A stretch of DNA of 64,000 bases. Origin: Alloascoidea hylecoeti. Lineage: Eukaryota. The stretch spans positions 1,434,294 through 1,498,293 of the forward strand of contig BCKZ01000002.1 in the NCBI GenBank assembly GCA_001600815.1, given 5' to 3'. A model generated the notes under the pieces. That model saw only the letters and a program-made list of their open reading frames with translations, did no database searches and had not been told where the DNA came from. The position numbers and the translations under genes were made by a program. Positions 36,580-48,264 of this stretch are shown here, in pieces (positions within the stretch are counted from its first letter, which is position 1; every line of letters starts with the position of its first letter).

Positions 36580-37992
36580 ATGGATACCCCACCAGAAGGT
36601 GTCATCATTCCTCCACAAGCAATTTGTCCATTTATTGAGAAAACAGCAGGATATGTCAATAGAAATGGTAATAATTTCGAGGCTCAACTTAGAGAAAGAA
36701 AAGGTAATGAACCAAAATTTAGTTTTTTAAATCCTGATGATCCATATCATTCATATTATTTATGGAGGTTAAATGAATATAAAGAAGGTAAAGTTCAATC
36801 TTCCACAAATGACGATTTAGATTCTAATGGTAATAATAATAGTGAAGCAACTTCAAATGTTAATAGTAAATTTAAAGAGCCAACAAAATTTGATTTTATA
36901 ATAAATCATCCAAATATATCATCATTAGATTTAGATATTATTAAAATGACTTCATTATTTATTGCAAAAAATGGTAAAGATTATTTAATAAATTTACAAC
37001 AAAAGGAAAAAAATAATTTTCAATATGATTTTTTAAAACCAGCACATTCATTTAATTTTATATTTCAAGAATATATTAAGCAATATAAAATAATATTAAA
37101 TAATAATAATCATAATTTATTAAAAGATAAGATAAATAATGGACTGAAAAATCATGTTCCTTTGTTAGAATCAGCTTATAAAAGAGCAGAATTTCAACAA
37201 TTTCAATTTGATGAAGAAAATAAAAAACAAAAAGAAGAAGAAGATGAAAGAATAGAATTTGCAAAAATTGATTGGGATGATTTTGTTATTGTTGAAACTA
37301 TAGATATAACGGAAGCTGATAAAGAAGCTGAATTAAATTCTCCATTAATTTTATCACAATTACAATTTGCTTCATTAGAACAAAAACAATACAATTCATT
37401 AAAAATTGAAGAAGCACCTCCAGACTACGAACCTGAAGAACCAAAGGCAAGATCAGATATACCTAAACAAGTGAATTCCGAAGAGGAAAAAACAGAGCCA
37501 CAAGCTCCTCCTATACATTCATCACGACGAAATGTTAAAATCCGTGAAGCAGGTTATGTTAGAAATAAGAATCGGAACAAACCTTCTGAGGCTACATTTG
37601 TGTCTCCGCTTACAGGAGAAAAGATATCAAAATCACAAAATGATATCGATGAGCATATGCGTATTGTATTACTCAACTCAAAGTATAAAGAAGAGAAAGC
37701 AAGAGCCGATGCCAAAACAGCTAGTACAAATTTAGCATATGGAGAAGTATATGAAAACGTTAAACGTCTTGCCAGTGCGAGACAGGATGTATATGATGTC
37801 AATGAAGAAGATGAAAACAGACACAAAATCAGACGAACCGAGGTGGGAAATCCTGGTCAATGGGACGGTTATAAAAACTCTATAAAACGGGTTGGTCGAA
37901 TGGCGAAGTCTTCTGTTACTGAAGAAGCAAAACAGCGACAAGAGGAAGAATTGAGGAAACAACGGGAAGCAATTGGCCCATCTTTGCCTTAA
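36580..37992 (+). CDS. PRP21: U2 snRNP SF3a subunit Prp21/SF3A1
   Basis: Two SURP modules (IEKTAGYVNRNG..KFSFLNPDDPYHSYY; LDIIKMTSLFIAKNG..QYDFLKPAHS), FAKIDWDDFVIVETI and EHMRIVLL. Confidence 0.92.
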   Translation: MDTPPEGVIIPPQAICPFIEKTAGYVNRNGNNFEAQLRERKGNEPKFSFLNPDDPYHSYYLWRLNEYKEGKVQSSTNDDLDSNGNNNSEATSNVNSKFKEPTKFDFIINHPNISSLDLDIIKMTSLFIAKNGKDYLINLQQKEKNNFQYDFLKPAHSFNFIFQEYIKQYKIILNNNNHNLLKDKINNGLKNHVPLLESAYKRAEFQQFQFDEENKKQKEEEDERIEFAKIDWDDFVIVETIDITEADKEAELNSPLILSQLQFASLEQKQYNSLKIEEAPPDYEPEEPKARSDIPKQVNSEEEKTEPQAPPIHSSRRNVKIREAGYVRNKNRNKPSEATFVSPLTGEKISKSQNDIDEHMRIVLLNSKYKEEKARADAKTASTNLAYGEVYENVKRLASARQDVYDVNEEDENRHKIRRTEVGNPGQWDGYKNSIKRVGRMAKSSVTEEAKQRQEEELRKQREAIGPSLP

Positions 37993-38187
37993 AATCAATA
38001 TTAATAGTGTTATATAAGTATTAATATGACTAAGTTAGGTAGTGTATATTACTAGTCTTTCACTTCCCCCGGGGGAGTCCGTGCAAAAGATAAACGCCAC
38101 CATTAACACATCCTTCCGCCAAGTCATATAAAAAAGTCTCACCTCCAAATTTTTTTCTAAATTTTCGAATATCAACGATTTCAAACG

Positions 38188-38667
38188 ATGTGTTTATGTT
38201 TTTGTGACTTTTTTCTGGTCATCATCGCCGTATTCTTCCCTCCCATTCCGGTTTGGATCCGACGTGGGTTCTGTTCTGCTGACTCAATTATAAACATTGC
38301 TCTGTGCTGTCTTGGATATATCCCAGGTCTTTTGCACTCTTGGTGGATTATATCACAATATCCTGAGTCTTATATTGAATACGACTATATTGATGAAGAG
38401 GCGCAAACTTATAGAGGCCGACCTCAGGTTGTCTGTAATCATCCTCCACAACCACACCCACAACCGCACTACAATAATAGTAGTAATTATCTTCAATCTC
38501 CTGTGGTTCGACCAAAACCACAACAACCTCAATATACCGCACCGATTATTCAGAATCAACCGACCACTTCTTACGGTTCGATAAATCAAGATAATGAACC
38601 ATCAGGTCCTCCACCTACTTATAATGAAGTTATACAAGAACAAGATAAACGATTAGGTTTGGCATAA
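38188..38667 (+). CDS. Pmp3/Sna-family proteolipid (Sna3/Sna4-like) with PPxY motif
   Basis: IAVFFPPIPVWIRRGFCSAD..IN..L..LGYIPGLLH; N-terminal Cys cluster; C-terminal PPPTY. Confidence 0.88.
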   Translation: MCLCFCDFFLVIIAVFFPPIPVWIRRGFCSADSIINIALCCLGYIPGLLHSWWIISQYPESYIEYDYIDEEAQTYRGRPQVVCNHPPQPHPQPHYNNSSNYLQSPVVRPKPQQPQYTAPIIQNQPTTSYGSINQDNEPSGPPPTYNEVIQEQDKRLGLA

Positions 38668-39119
38668 TATGATTAAATCATCTATTACACAACTTTAAAT
38701 GATCATTTCTAGAATAATATTTATTTATTTAAGTGTTTATGTTCATCCTTTCCTTAAATTTACTATATTTTGATTTTTATTCGGAGTCTATTAGTTAAAC
38801 ATTCATACTCATTTACTGTTTTAAAAGGATAAATTTAAATTAATGTTTAAGCTTAATTTAGTTGGTCACAATTTTGTATAGTCCTGACTGACTTTATAGC
38901 TGACTTTATAATGAAATTATGATAAATTATGAATAAAGGACCACCTAGTGACACCTACGGATATGTCTTATCACATCGACATCAATTACAATTGCAATTT
39001 TGTGATATCTATAAGTTATACGATATACGATATAATTCAACTTTTCAATATATGTGTTATTTTGTCTATATAAATCTAGTAATGCATTATATTTCTAATT
39101 ACAATTATAACCTTTCCCT

Positions 39120-40909
39120 TTAAATATATTTATAAGGATTCAAAATACCATTTGGATCAAATTGATTCTTAATTGATTTCATAATTCCAATACTAACATC
39201 ATCTTTACTATAACCAATATAATTTTTCTTTTGAAATCCAAGTCCATGTTCAGCAGAAATTGATCCTTTATGTTTTTGAATAAACTCATAAATAAATGGT
39301 TCAAGAATTTTTTCAACTTTTTTATCATATCTTCTAACACAAACATTTAAATGTAAATTACCATCACCTAAATGTCCATATCCAATTGCATCAACAACTG
39401 CATAATCATCTGTATCACCTAAAACTCCATGTTCTTTAAGTCTTTCTTTTGCAGCAGTTACAAGAGAATATAAATGTGGTAATGGTAATGAAACATCATA
39501 TTTATAAACACCACCTGCAGCTGTACTTGCTTCTGGAATAGTTTCTCTCCATTTCCATAATTCTTGTAATTGAGTTTGATCTTGTGCAACAACACCATCA
39601 TCAACTAATCCATCAGTTAAAGATTTTTCTAAGAAATTTTCTAATTTTTCATCATCATGATCTTTATTTGAACCACTTGTTTCAATTAATATATAAAAAG
39701 GATGATCATCTGTAATTGGTCTTGTTAATTTAGTATGATTACCAGTAAGTTTAATACTTTCTGAATCCATAAATTCAAAAGCTGATAAAATTTCACCTAA
39801 TTCATTACGAGTTGAAACAAAAGTATCTAATACTTTTTGATATGATGAAACAGCTAAGAAAGCAACATTATTTGCTTTTGGTCTTTTTGGACATAAAATA
39901 GAAACACCAGTAATAATACCTAATGTACCTTCAGAGCCAATAAATAATTGTTTTAAATCATAACCGGTATTATCTTTTCTTAATGAATGTAAACTATTTA
40001 AAATAGTACCATCTGGTAAAACAACTTCAACACCTAATACCGAACCATGTAAACTACCATATCTAACTAATCGTAACCCACCAGCATTTGTTGCAACATT
40101 ACCACCTATATGACAAGAACCTTTAGCACCTAAATCCAAGGGAAAGATATAACCATTATCAGCAAGATATTGATCAGTTGTTTCTAAAATACAACCAGCA
40201 TCAGCAACTAAAATCCCACTAACATTATCAAATGATCTAATTTTATTCAAATTTGATACATTTATAATAATTTCATCAAAAACTGGTATTGAACCACCAA
40301 CAAGTCCTGTATTACCACCTTGAGGAACAACAGCTAATTTTTTCAAATTACAATATTTTAAAATTTTAGAAATTTGTTCAGTTGTTCTTGGTTTTAAAAC
40401 TAATGATGATGTACCTTTATATTTTTTCATCCAATCTTCATTATAAAATTCTAAATCATCTTTATCTGTAATAATATCTGATTTTTGTAAAATTGTTTCA
40501 AAATATGATAAATCTTGTTCTGTTAGCTATATCAAAAAAATATTAAGGTTGAAATTTCACTATTAGTATCTAGCTTTAAATAATTGAAGATCTGATTGTA
40601 AAGAAAAAATGATTATTTAAAAGGTAGATATACCCAATAAACATTCATTAAAAAACATCATACCTTCGCAAATCTTTCATCTCTTTGAACATAAGGATAA
40701 CTTTCCTGTGTTAATCTAGTATTCTTAATTCCACCAGTAGAATAACTTCTAAAATGACTAATAGTTCCTAACTGGTTACTAGAAGTTTTATATAAATGGT
40801 TCAAAGAAGTACCATTTTTATTGATTAATGATGAAGATCTGAATATCGAGTTTCTTGTAGATTTTGAAATTTGAAATAAAGTAGTTGAACTTTTTGATCT
40901 AATGCTCAT
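39120..40909 (-). CDS. DLD2: D-2-hydroxyglutarate/D-lactate dehydrogenase, mitochondrial (exons 40909-40664, 40526-39120; ~550 aa)
   Basis: [45 protein letters not shown] and [10 protein letters not shown]. Presequence-like exon 1; phase-0 intron GTATGA..TAG. Confidence 0.92.
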
Positions 40910-41816
40910 TTTTATATTTATTTCTTATACTGAAATAAATAAAACTCAAATTTTATAATTATTTCATTATAAAAATGGCAGGGTAATCAACATCACATGA
41001 CATATTTAAACGTTAATGTTTTTAACGATAACGGCGCCAAGAAGTTTTTGGATCAAGGAAGCACCACCAACCCAAATTTAGGGGTTGATCACTGCTCAAA
41101 AGCCGTTTGGGAGAGTTCGAGTTTTTAGATTGAGACCCGGAATGTGCTCGGAATAAGTTCGAAAAAATTTGGGTTGAGATCGGCTTGAGCTCGCCAATTC
41201 TATTTCTCGAAATATTTTTTTGTTATTTTCTTTTTTGCTTCTTTTTTGATTTGCATGGCCAAAATTTACAGTGCTCACCATCGATGCTCACCAATTCTGA
41301 ATCTACATTGGTAAAGCTCAATGGCTCCCCATTTCAACCTCGGACCGAGTGCTCGGCGATAAATAACGGGGTTAACGGCTATAAAAATAATCATTATTAT
41401 TACGGAAATTTATCCCCCTTAAAACAATTTTAATAATGCAATTAGCTTTAAAAATAATTAAATTTGATTTAGGATTGGGCAACCAATCAAGATGAGTTTC
41501 TGATTGGTTGATCCTGGTTATTTAAAATATTAACTCTTCATTTTAAGTTGGGATAAAGTGGTTTTTCAAAATATTAGCGCTTCGTTTAGGTTGGGATAAG
41601 GTAGTATTATATTATTATCCAAAGTGTGCAGTCGTATTATGTAAATATCATAATAGAACACATTGGCCTATTTATAACTAAAGTATGATGATACTTATAA
41701 TGTGAATGTACTTCTAGCCCAATTACACTGCCATAAACATATCTCCTCATATAGAATCCTCCACACCAAATTTAAGCACAAAAGGCACTACTTTTTTCAA
41801 TAACATATTTTACATC

Positions 41817-42608
41817 ATGATCACACAAAGAATGATAAAAACATTAAAGAATTTAATGAAAGAAGAAAAAGAAGCTTTTATGTTAATAATGGCTCAAATA
41901 TTCAATGTTATAGGGCGCGTCTGTACAATAGTAGCCTTTTATTGTTGTTCTAATGTTTTTGAAGGTCTTTATAAATATGGAAGTATAGTAGTTGGTTTAA
42001 ATTCATTCATCACTGACAATATACTCCTCTTGTATCTTTGGTTTCTCGTAAGGTCATGGTCAGCAATTATGATATGTGATATTATCAAGGATATTGTTTT
42101 GCAAATATGGGGAGGTTGCCAATTTATCCTCAATTTGATATTTAAACACAAACACAAATTATCATCTGTTGACTATAGCTACGACGTGAAGAAAAATATT
42201 AACTCTGAAACTACAAACTTGCAATCGATTTCAAATGATCCAGCTTTAGAAACTCAAAATGTATCCGAATATTATATACTACGATTTTTATTTGGATTTG
42301 AAGATGTTTTTGAATTGGCGGTATTTCTAGCGTTTAGTATAATGGCATATCAAATAGGAAATTATGGAGAAATTATACTAGAACTTGGTGATGAAGTCAA
42401 AGGAAAATGGTTTGTGAAGTTTCTTTGGATTATAACGGAATATAGGTGCATTTTTATTGTGATAGTTTCAACTTTTGAATTATCTATATTTTTATTGACA
42501 TTTCCATGTTTTACTTGGATATTGGTCAGATGTGATTATCGAGGTTGCAGTTGGGAGGAAGAGAATAAACTTCGTCTACCAATTACAGAAGATGAATTAA
42601 AAATATGA
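41817..42608 (+). CDS. Orphan multi-pass membrane protein, paralog A
   Basis: 263-aa ORF with about 4 hydrophobic segments, alignable by eye with the 43427-44176 product. Confidence 0.75.
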   Translation: MITQRMIKTLKNLMKEEKEAFMLIMAQIFNVIGRVCTIVAFYCCSNVFEGLYKYGSIVVGLNSFITDNILLLYLWFLVRSWSAIMICDIIKDIVLQIWGGCQFILNLIFKHKHKLSSVDYSYDVKKNINSETTNLQSISNDPALETQNVSEYYILRFLFGFEDVFELAVFLAFSIMAYQIGNYGEIILELGDEVKGKWFVKFLWIITEYRCIFIVIVSTFELSIFLLTFPCFTWILVRCDYRGCSWEEENKLRLPITEDELKI

Positions 42609-43426
42609 TGATAAAGATTAATTAAAAGCCTACCGGTGAGATCAAGCAAGAAGACTGTCGGTAATGATAACAGTAGCTACTTATTGCTCCTCATTCATTA
42701 CTTATATAATTAATATAAATATCGATGTTAAACCTTAATTCCTTATGCCTGTCATTCCACGATAAGTTTAAAAATCTTGACTGAAATACTGAAACGAAAT
42801 AGGACTGCAGCTGACTTTTTACGGGTCTAACAGTTCCGTATTGTAGCAATGACGCCGCAGAAGATACAAAAATAGTTGATACCCGTATAAGAGGCGTTAT
42901 CTACAAATATGTTCCTTATTCATTGTAAAGTGGTTGCCAGACCTCTTCTACTTGCAATTTGATTATTAGGATTGGGTTTCACCAGAATCCATCCGGATCG
43001 CTAGATTCACTACGACCTTCATAGATGCACGTTTATGCCTAAGTACATTTTCAAGTTCAACTAGTGCACATTTTCAATAAAATCCCGGAATTACAGGTGT
43101 AATTATTTGGTAATGGCTAGTTAGGTTCATTAAACAAGAGGAAAAATAGTCACGGATGTAAAATAATGAAAGTTTAAGATTCTTTAATTAAAATTGCAAG
43201 TAACAATCACATGTATGTAATAAGTCATATTTCTAGAAGATAATTAAAGACGTTTATACAGTATTCATTCATGTAGGTCAATATCTTTCAAATCATCATC
43301 AATGACTCTTGAATTATTATATATTTCAACTACTGTGTTCCCAGTTATTTGAATGATCCGTAAAGTGATAAATTATTTTTAATCTTATATTCAGAATACA
43401 ACCACAATCACAACGATTATCCAGAA

Positions 43427-44176
43427 ATGTCAAACAATATTAATGAAAAGATCATACAACAAGACCATGAATTAGAAGAATCGGAACAAAGTTCAGTTTT
43501 CCTAACTTTAATTTTTCAGATAAACTTATCAATAAAACATATCTGTTCAGTTTTGGCATTCTTGCATTTTAGTGATATCATTTGGGACGTGTATGAATTT
43601 GGAGGAGTATTACTTTCAAGAAAAGATCAGATGCCAAAAGGAATTTTCATCATTTTATCCCAACTTATAACAAGGTTTTATACATGGTATATGTTTATGG
43701 ATATCACATTGGATCTACTTCAGGATGGTGTAAGAAAAGTGATGAATTACGTTTGGTTTAAAAAAAATGATTCAAAAGAAAATATTGATTTAAAATATCA
43801 AAGGGATGATTTAAATTCAATTAATAATAAAATCAATGATTATTCCCATTATTTGATTAATTTTATAATTTTTATTAAACAAATTTATAAAGCAATTGTT
43901 CTTTGTATTGTTGCAATTATTACTTGGAAAGTTGATTATTATGGAGAACTTGTATTAAATTTTGGACCAACATTTTCTGGAAATATTTTTGTTCATCTTC
44001 TTTGGGGTTTCACTGGATTTTGGAGTTGTTTCTTTATGGTCGAATTATTTATGTTAATAGTTGAAAGTATCATCAATTTATTAACTATAGTCAGTTGTAC
44101 TGTTCTTAATGATAGAGATCCAAAAGATGAAATACTTGAGCTTCCAATTACTGAAGTTGTCAAATCAATCAATTAA
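43427..44176 (+). CDS. Orphan multi-pass membrane protein, paralog B
   Basis: 249-aa ORF sharing YGE.(I/V)L..G....G..FV..LW..T and C-terminal L.LPITE with paralog A. Confidence 0.75.
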   Translation: MSNNINEKIIQQDHELEESEQSSVFLTLIFQINLSIKHICSVLAFLHFSDIIWDVYEFGGVLLSRKDQMPKGIFIILSQLITRFYTWYMFMDITLDLLQDGVRKVMNYVWFKKNDSKENIDLKYQRDDLNSINNKINDYSHYLINFIIFIKQIYKAIVLCIVAIITWKVDYYGELVLNFGPTFSGNIFVHLLWGFTGFWSCFFMVELFMLIVESIINLLTIVSCTVLNDRDPKDEILELPITEVVKSIN

Positions 44177-47119
44177 TTATATTAAGTATACTTTATGATT
44201 ACAACTTTTTAAAACAAATACAGTCCTAGACAAAGTCTCAAGCAGTTTTATGCCATATATCAGCAGATATGAAAGAAACACCATTAACATTTATTTTCTA
44301 TTTTCTCTTTTACTCTAATAATTAGTTATATCAACCAACCATAGGTTTGATAATGATAAATGAATACTTAATTTTAAATTTATTATACACCATCTACTTG
44401 TAATTGTTCAAACCACCGACCCTTGTAAAATTACAATACAAGCCACATAATGCATATATATTTGTAATTGTATTATTCGATAACACACACAAAGAGATTC
44501 TATGGAATATTATTTTCATTCGTAATTGTAAGCTGTAAGTAATATTTATTATACATATTGATATTTCTAAAAGCTGGAACCACTACGTTAATTGTTTTAC
44601 CAAAAAGGATAGTACTTCATGCCTAAGTAAAACGAGTTGACATTATGCATTAGCACTTCCATTTAAACTTTTAAATTGGATTTTTTTGTACAGATTTTAC
44701 CAATTGCAATAGATATATAAATTGAACATACCTAATATTGAATATAATAGATTATAATGGATAAATTTGTAATCGAGGGTTTCATGCATGCACAAGTATG
44801 ATTCAATAATTTACAAAATATTACATCTTTAGCTAGCTACATAAATTAGAACAATGATAATGAATATTTATTGTTAAGATACAATCCAAATAATAAAATA
44901 AAATCAATCGTAATTAGAGGGAATCTAAAATCATTGTTTAATAATATATATAACATCAGTTAGTAGAGGCAACCATTAACAGCTCTAGAACTAATATGAA
45001 AAAGACACCTAAGATTTATTTTAAAGAATATCAGATTTGCATCAGCCCCGCAAACTGTTCTCATGGGAGGATAATTTATCCGATTCTCAATTCGTAAATA
45101 TTGATACCCTTATACCGGTCTATAGTGCTGCAGCTAGTATTTCTGCTTAAATGTGAAATTAATTATAAATATACCTTAGATCGTATATTAGTATTAGTAT
45201 TAATACACCATCAATCGCATATTAGAAGTAGCAGAATACATTGCAATTAAACTCTTATCTGATTTACGAATTACCCAAGTCAATTAAATGAATCGGTTAG
45301 GTTTTCATTTCTCACATTCCAATATGTTCAATTCGCTTCTCTTCTACAAATTTCTGGAAAATAAAAATAATCTCGGTTTAATTCAAAACCAGTTTCTAAC
45401 TCTAATATTCAAATTCTAATAGAATACCTTCTCCATGATGAATAAAGATTTTAAATTTAGCATTCTGATTGTACACTGCACAAGCTCATTCTACAGTTTA
45501 GTATTCACTGATGAATGTAGCAAAGTTCAAGAGTTAAATTTGTAATTAGAATGATATATCATAATATCTATTATCTAGTTGTAACCCTGATTAGAAACTA
45601 ACTTCAAATGTATATTTGTATTTCATACTGATTAATACGGTAACTGGTTTGAATATAATAAATGCATGGTATAAGCCATATACAATCGAGTTAGATCTGA
45701 AAATAGCGATGGTGAGATAATTATAGATTTCCATGTATAGCCTTATGTGTTGTTTGAACTTGTTTCGAATAGTTATATGAACATTATCAATGTGCTTATT
45801 ATGAATCTAAATTATAATTCTCGAGCTGCAGGGACAAAATTGCAATTGTGATCGATACGTAAATATCATTAGTGATAGCTTAAATGATTTTTATTGAAAT
45901 CCATTTAAACCCAAATACTAATTCCTGTCCTGTTAAGGAAATTTGTCGAGCTAATGGTTAATAGATCATACACTGATAATTGTAATTGATTTTCTTATCA
46001 TTCTTATTCTGCATCTACGTATAAATTCCCTTGCATCTAGGCACTTCGTAAGTACATGTAAATCAGATCTACTATACGCAGGGACTGAAGGTTATTTTCA
46101 TTAAGGTTTACGACGAATTATATAATATTGATTTTTCAACGAACCTAGATCACGATAAAGATATTCTTGAAATTTGCTTTAACATGCGAAATATAATTTT
46201 AAATCACTTGAATATTTAATTTGTATCAACTGTAATGCTTTTGAATAGGGACATATCACCTGACTTTAACTAACTGAAATTTACATGCATCAAATTTGCG
46301 ACATTAAAATTGTCGCAACGAACAGTAAATTAATAAATAATTATAAGTGAAAATTTAATTATTGAAAATGATCTCTCATCATAATCGTAAATTTAGTATT
46401 GTAATTCCGTTTATGAATTAAAAAGTTAAAGCTTAAAATGAATAAGTAAAGCGATGCGTGATTAATAAGGAGACATGATAAAAATGTGACACAAATGTGA
46501 CAAAAGTGTGACATAATATATTACATATTATTTAATTTAACTGCTGAATTCCAGCAAATGATCACGCATTAGGTTTTAATTCATTTCACATACTGTAGCT
46601 AGTTACTATAAGCCACAAGATTTATACATGTATGACCCGACGATAACACCATCAGTCAATTATTGACGAGTTTCCTAATGTTAAGGTATTTATATCGATT
46701 GGGCACTTCATTTCACAATTTAGTCTACTTAAATAATTATGTTTGACTTAATCATGTTCATGGATTTTAACTTCATTTTTTAACCTAAGATTTGTAAAGT
46801 TGAAATTGGAACCGAAAATCTGAAATCTTAGCAACATATCATTGAATATTATATATAGAAATTTACATAGATAGCTACGTATACTATTTAACTAGTTACA
46901 CCAACGTCAGCAAACGCATAACCCAGCTTAACAATAAAACTTTAAACATGAATATATATTTATAAGTGAAAAACAAAACAAAACAAAACACAACACAAAT
47001 TGAAACAAACCATGTAGCAAAAGAGATAGAAAAAATGCAAAATAATAGTACAAAAAAGAGTGTTATAAAAACAAGAAGACCAACAAGAATTTTTATGCAA
47101 CATTTTCACTGTATCATAT

Positions 47120-47896
47120 TTAAATGGATGATAGAGTTGTAGATTCACTAGCCCTTAATACTTCATTTTCCTTAAAATCATCATCGTCAATTGATGTAGT
47201 TAGTAAGCTTGTAACGATGTTAATAGATTTTTTAAGATTCCTAGGTCGAGAGCTTAGAGCAGTAGATGATTGTGTTTGATCCATTTGTGATTTAATTTGA
47301 TTATATATATATGCCTTTGGTTTATCTGTGAATATATTCTTGGTTTTAGTACTAGGGATCCAAAGCCTTTCTAAGACCTCATACTCTTTTTTATTAGAAG
47401 CCTTAGAACAGAAACCAGGAAATTGAGATATGGGCAAATCACCAAGCACAGTTCGTTTTGGTTTTGCCAAAACAGATTTTTGATTTTTTAAAGAATAATT
47501 ACCGGACGGAGTAGTAGATCTGGCATTCTTTCCTAAATCGTATTTCTTATTTTGATTGATATTAAGCTGGTTTTGGGATCTATTGGAAAGAGGCCGAAAG
47601 CTTGATTTGTCCTTTACCATAAGCTTTTTTGATTTCAGTTGAGTGTTTGGCTTTGATGAATGCTTTTGTAACTTCAATTGAATAGTTGGCTTTGATGTAT
47701 TCTCAGCATCAGAAAAAATTTTAAATGGACATTTGGGTGGTGATGAGGATTTCTTTTTTGTGGGCTGAATGGACTCATCAAGTATCCCACAGATTGCAAG
47801 CTTCCGTTTGGTGCCACAAGAGGTGGATTTGATGGATTGGGTAGAGAGACGGAGGGGGGTTGAGCGAATCAAGGATTGGGCTATGGAAGCGGACAT
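47120..47896 (-). CDS. Acm1-like APC/C-Cdh1 pseudosubstrate inhibitor (putative)
   Basis: Basic, disordered-looking protein with ABBA motif FKIFSD, D-box plus extension RTVLGDLPISQFPGF (cf. Acm1 RIALKDLSVDEFKGY, recalled), CDK site SPPK and a C-terminal KEN. Confidence 0.6.
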   Translation of the reverse strand: MSASIAQSLIRSTPLRLSTQSIKSTSCGTKRKLAICGILDESIQPTKKKSSSPPKCPFKIFSDAENTSKPTIQLKLQKHSSKPNTQLKSKKLMVKDKSSFRPLSNRSQNQLNINQNKKYDLGKNARSTTPSGNYSLKNQKSVLAKPKRTVLGDLPISQFPGFCSKASNKKEYEVLERLWIPSTKTKNIFTDKPKAYIYNQIKSQMDQTQSSTALSSRPRNLKKSINIVTSLLTTSIDDDDFKENEVLRASESTTLSSI

Positions 47897-48040
47897 AATG
47901 AAAAATACACAGGAGAGGACAAAGGGAAAACCAATACACCAACTGAAAAAAAGGGGAAGGAAAGAAGAGGGCGGGCTAAGGGATATATATATATTAAGTG
48001 TGACGATCCTAACCCGGAAGCAAGAAAGAAAAATTTCCTG

Positions 48041-48082
48041 ACATTTTACATTTTACATTTTACATTTTACATTTTACATTTT
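48041..48082 (+). repeat. Perfect heptamer tandem repeat (ACATTTT)x6
   Basis: Read directly from the sequence. Confidence 0.95.
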
Positions 48083-48204
48083 TATAATTTCAGCAGTTGA
48101 AGAAACCCTGAATTAAGTTAGATGTACATACATTTGCAGTGCTTTAAAGCGGAAAAGTTGAGGGCTGCAAACGCTTGAGAGGTTACCCAAAACAATGTGT
48201 GAAA

Positions 48205-48264
48205 TACGAAACAAACACGAAACAAACACGAAAAATCCACGACAAGACGCGAAAACACGCGAAA
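48205..48264 (+). promoter_or_regulatory. Array of SCB-like G1/S elements (CRCGAAA)
   Basis: TACGAAA 48205, CACGAAA 48216 and 48227, CGCGAAA 48248 and 48258, about 310-370 bp upstream of the Acm1-like ATG. Confidence 0.7.

Noticed and set aside
31399..37992. RBM5/10-like and PRP21 genes close together as a splicing cluster
   Set aside because: Unrelated genes lie between them and no shared motif is seen, so chance is sufficient.
41105..41165. GTTCGA words suggesting a tRNA T-loop
   Set aside because: No cloverleaf stems can be formed.
45435..45511. ATGATGA...CTGA...CTGA as a C/D snoRNA
   Set aside because: No terminal stem and no rRNA-complementary guide that I can recognise.
44177..47119. 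2.9-kb gene-free AT-rich gap as a centromere
   Set aside because: No CDEI-CDEII-CDEIII arrangement, long inverted repeat or retroelement cluster. It would need Cse4 ChIP or Hi-C.
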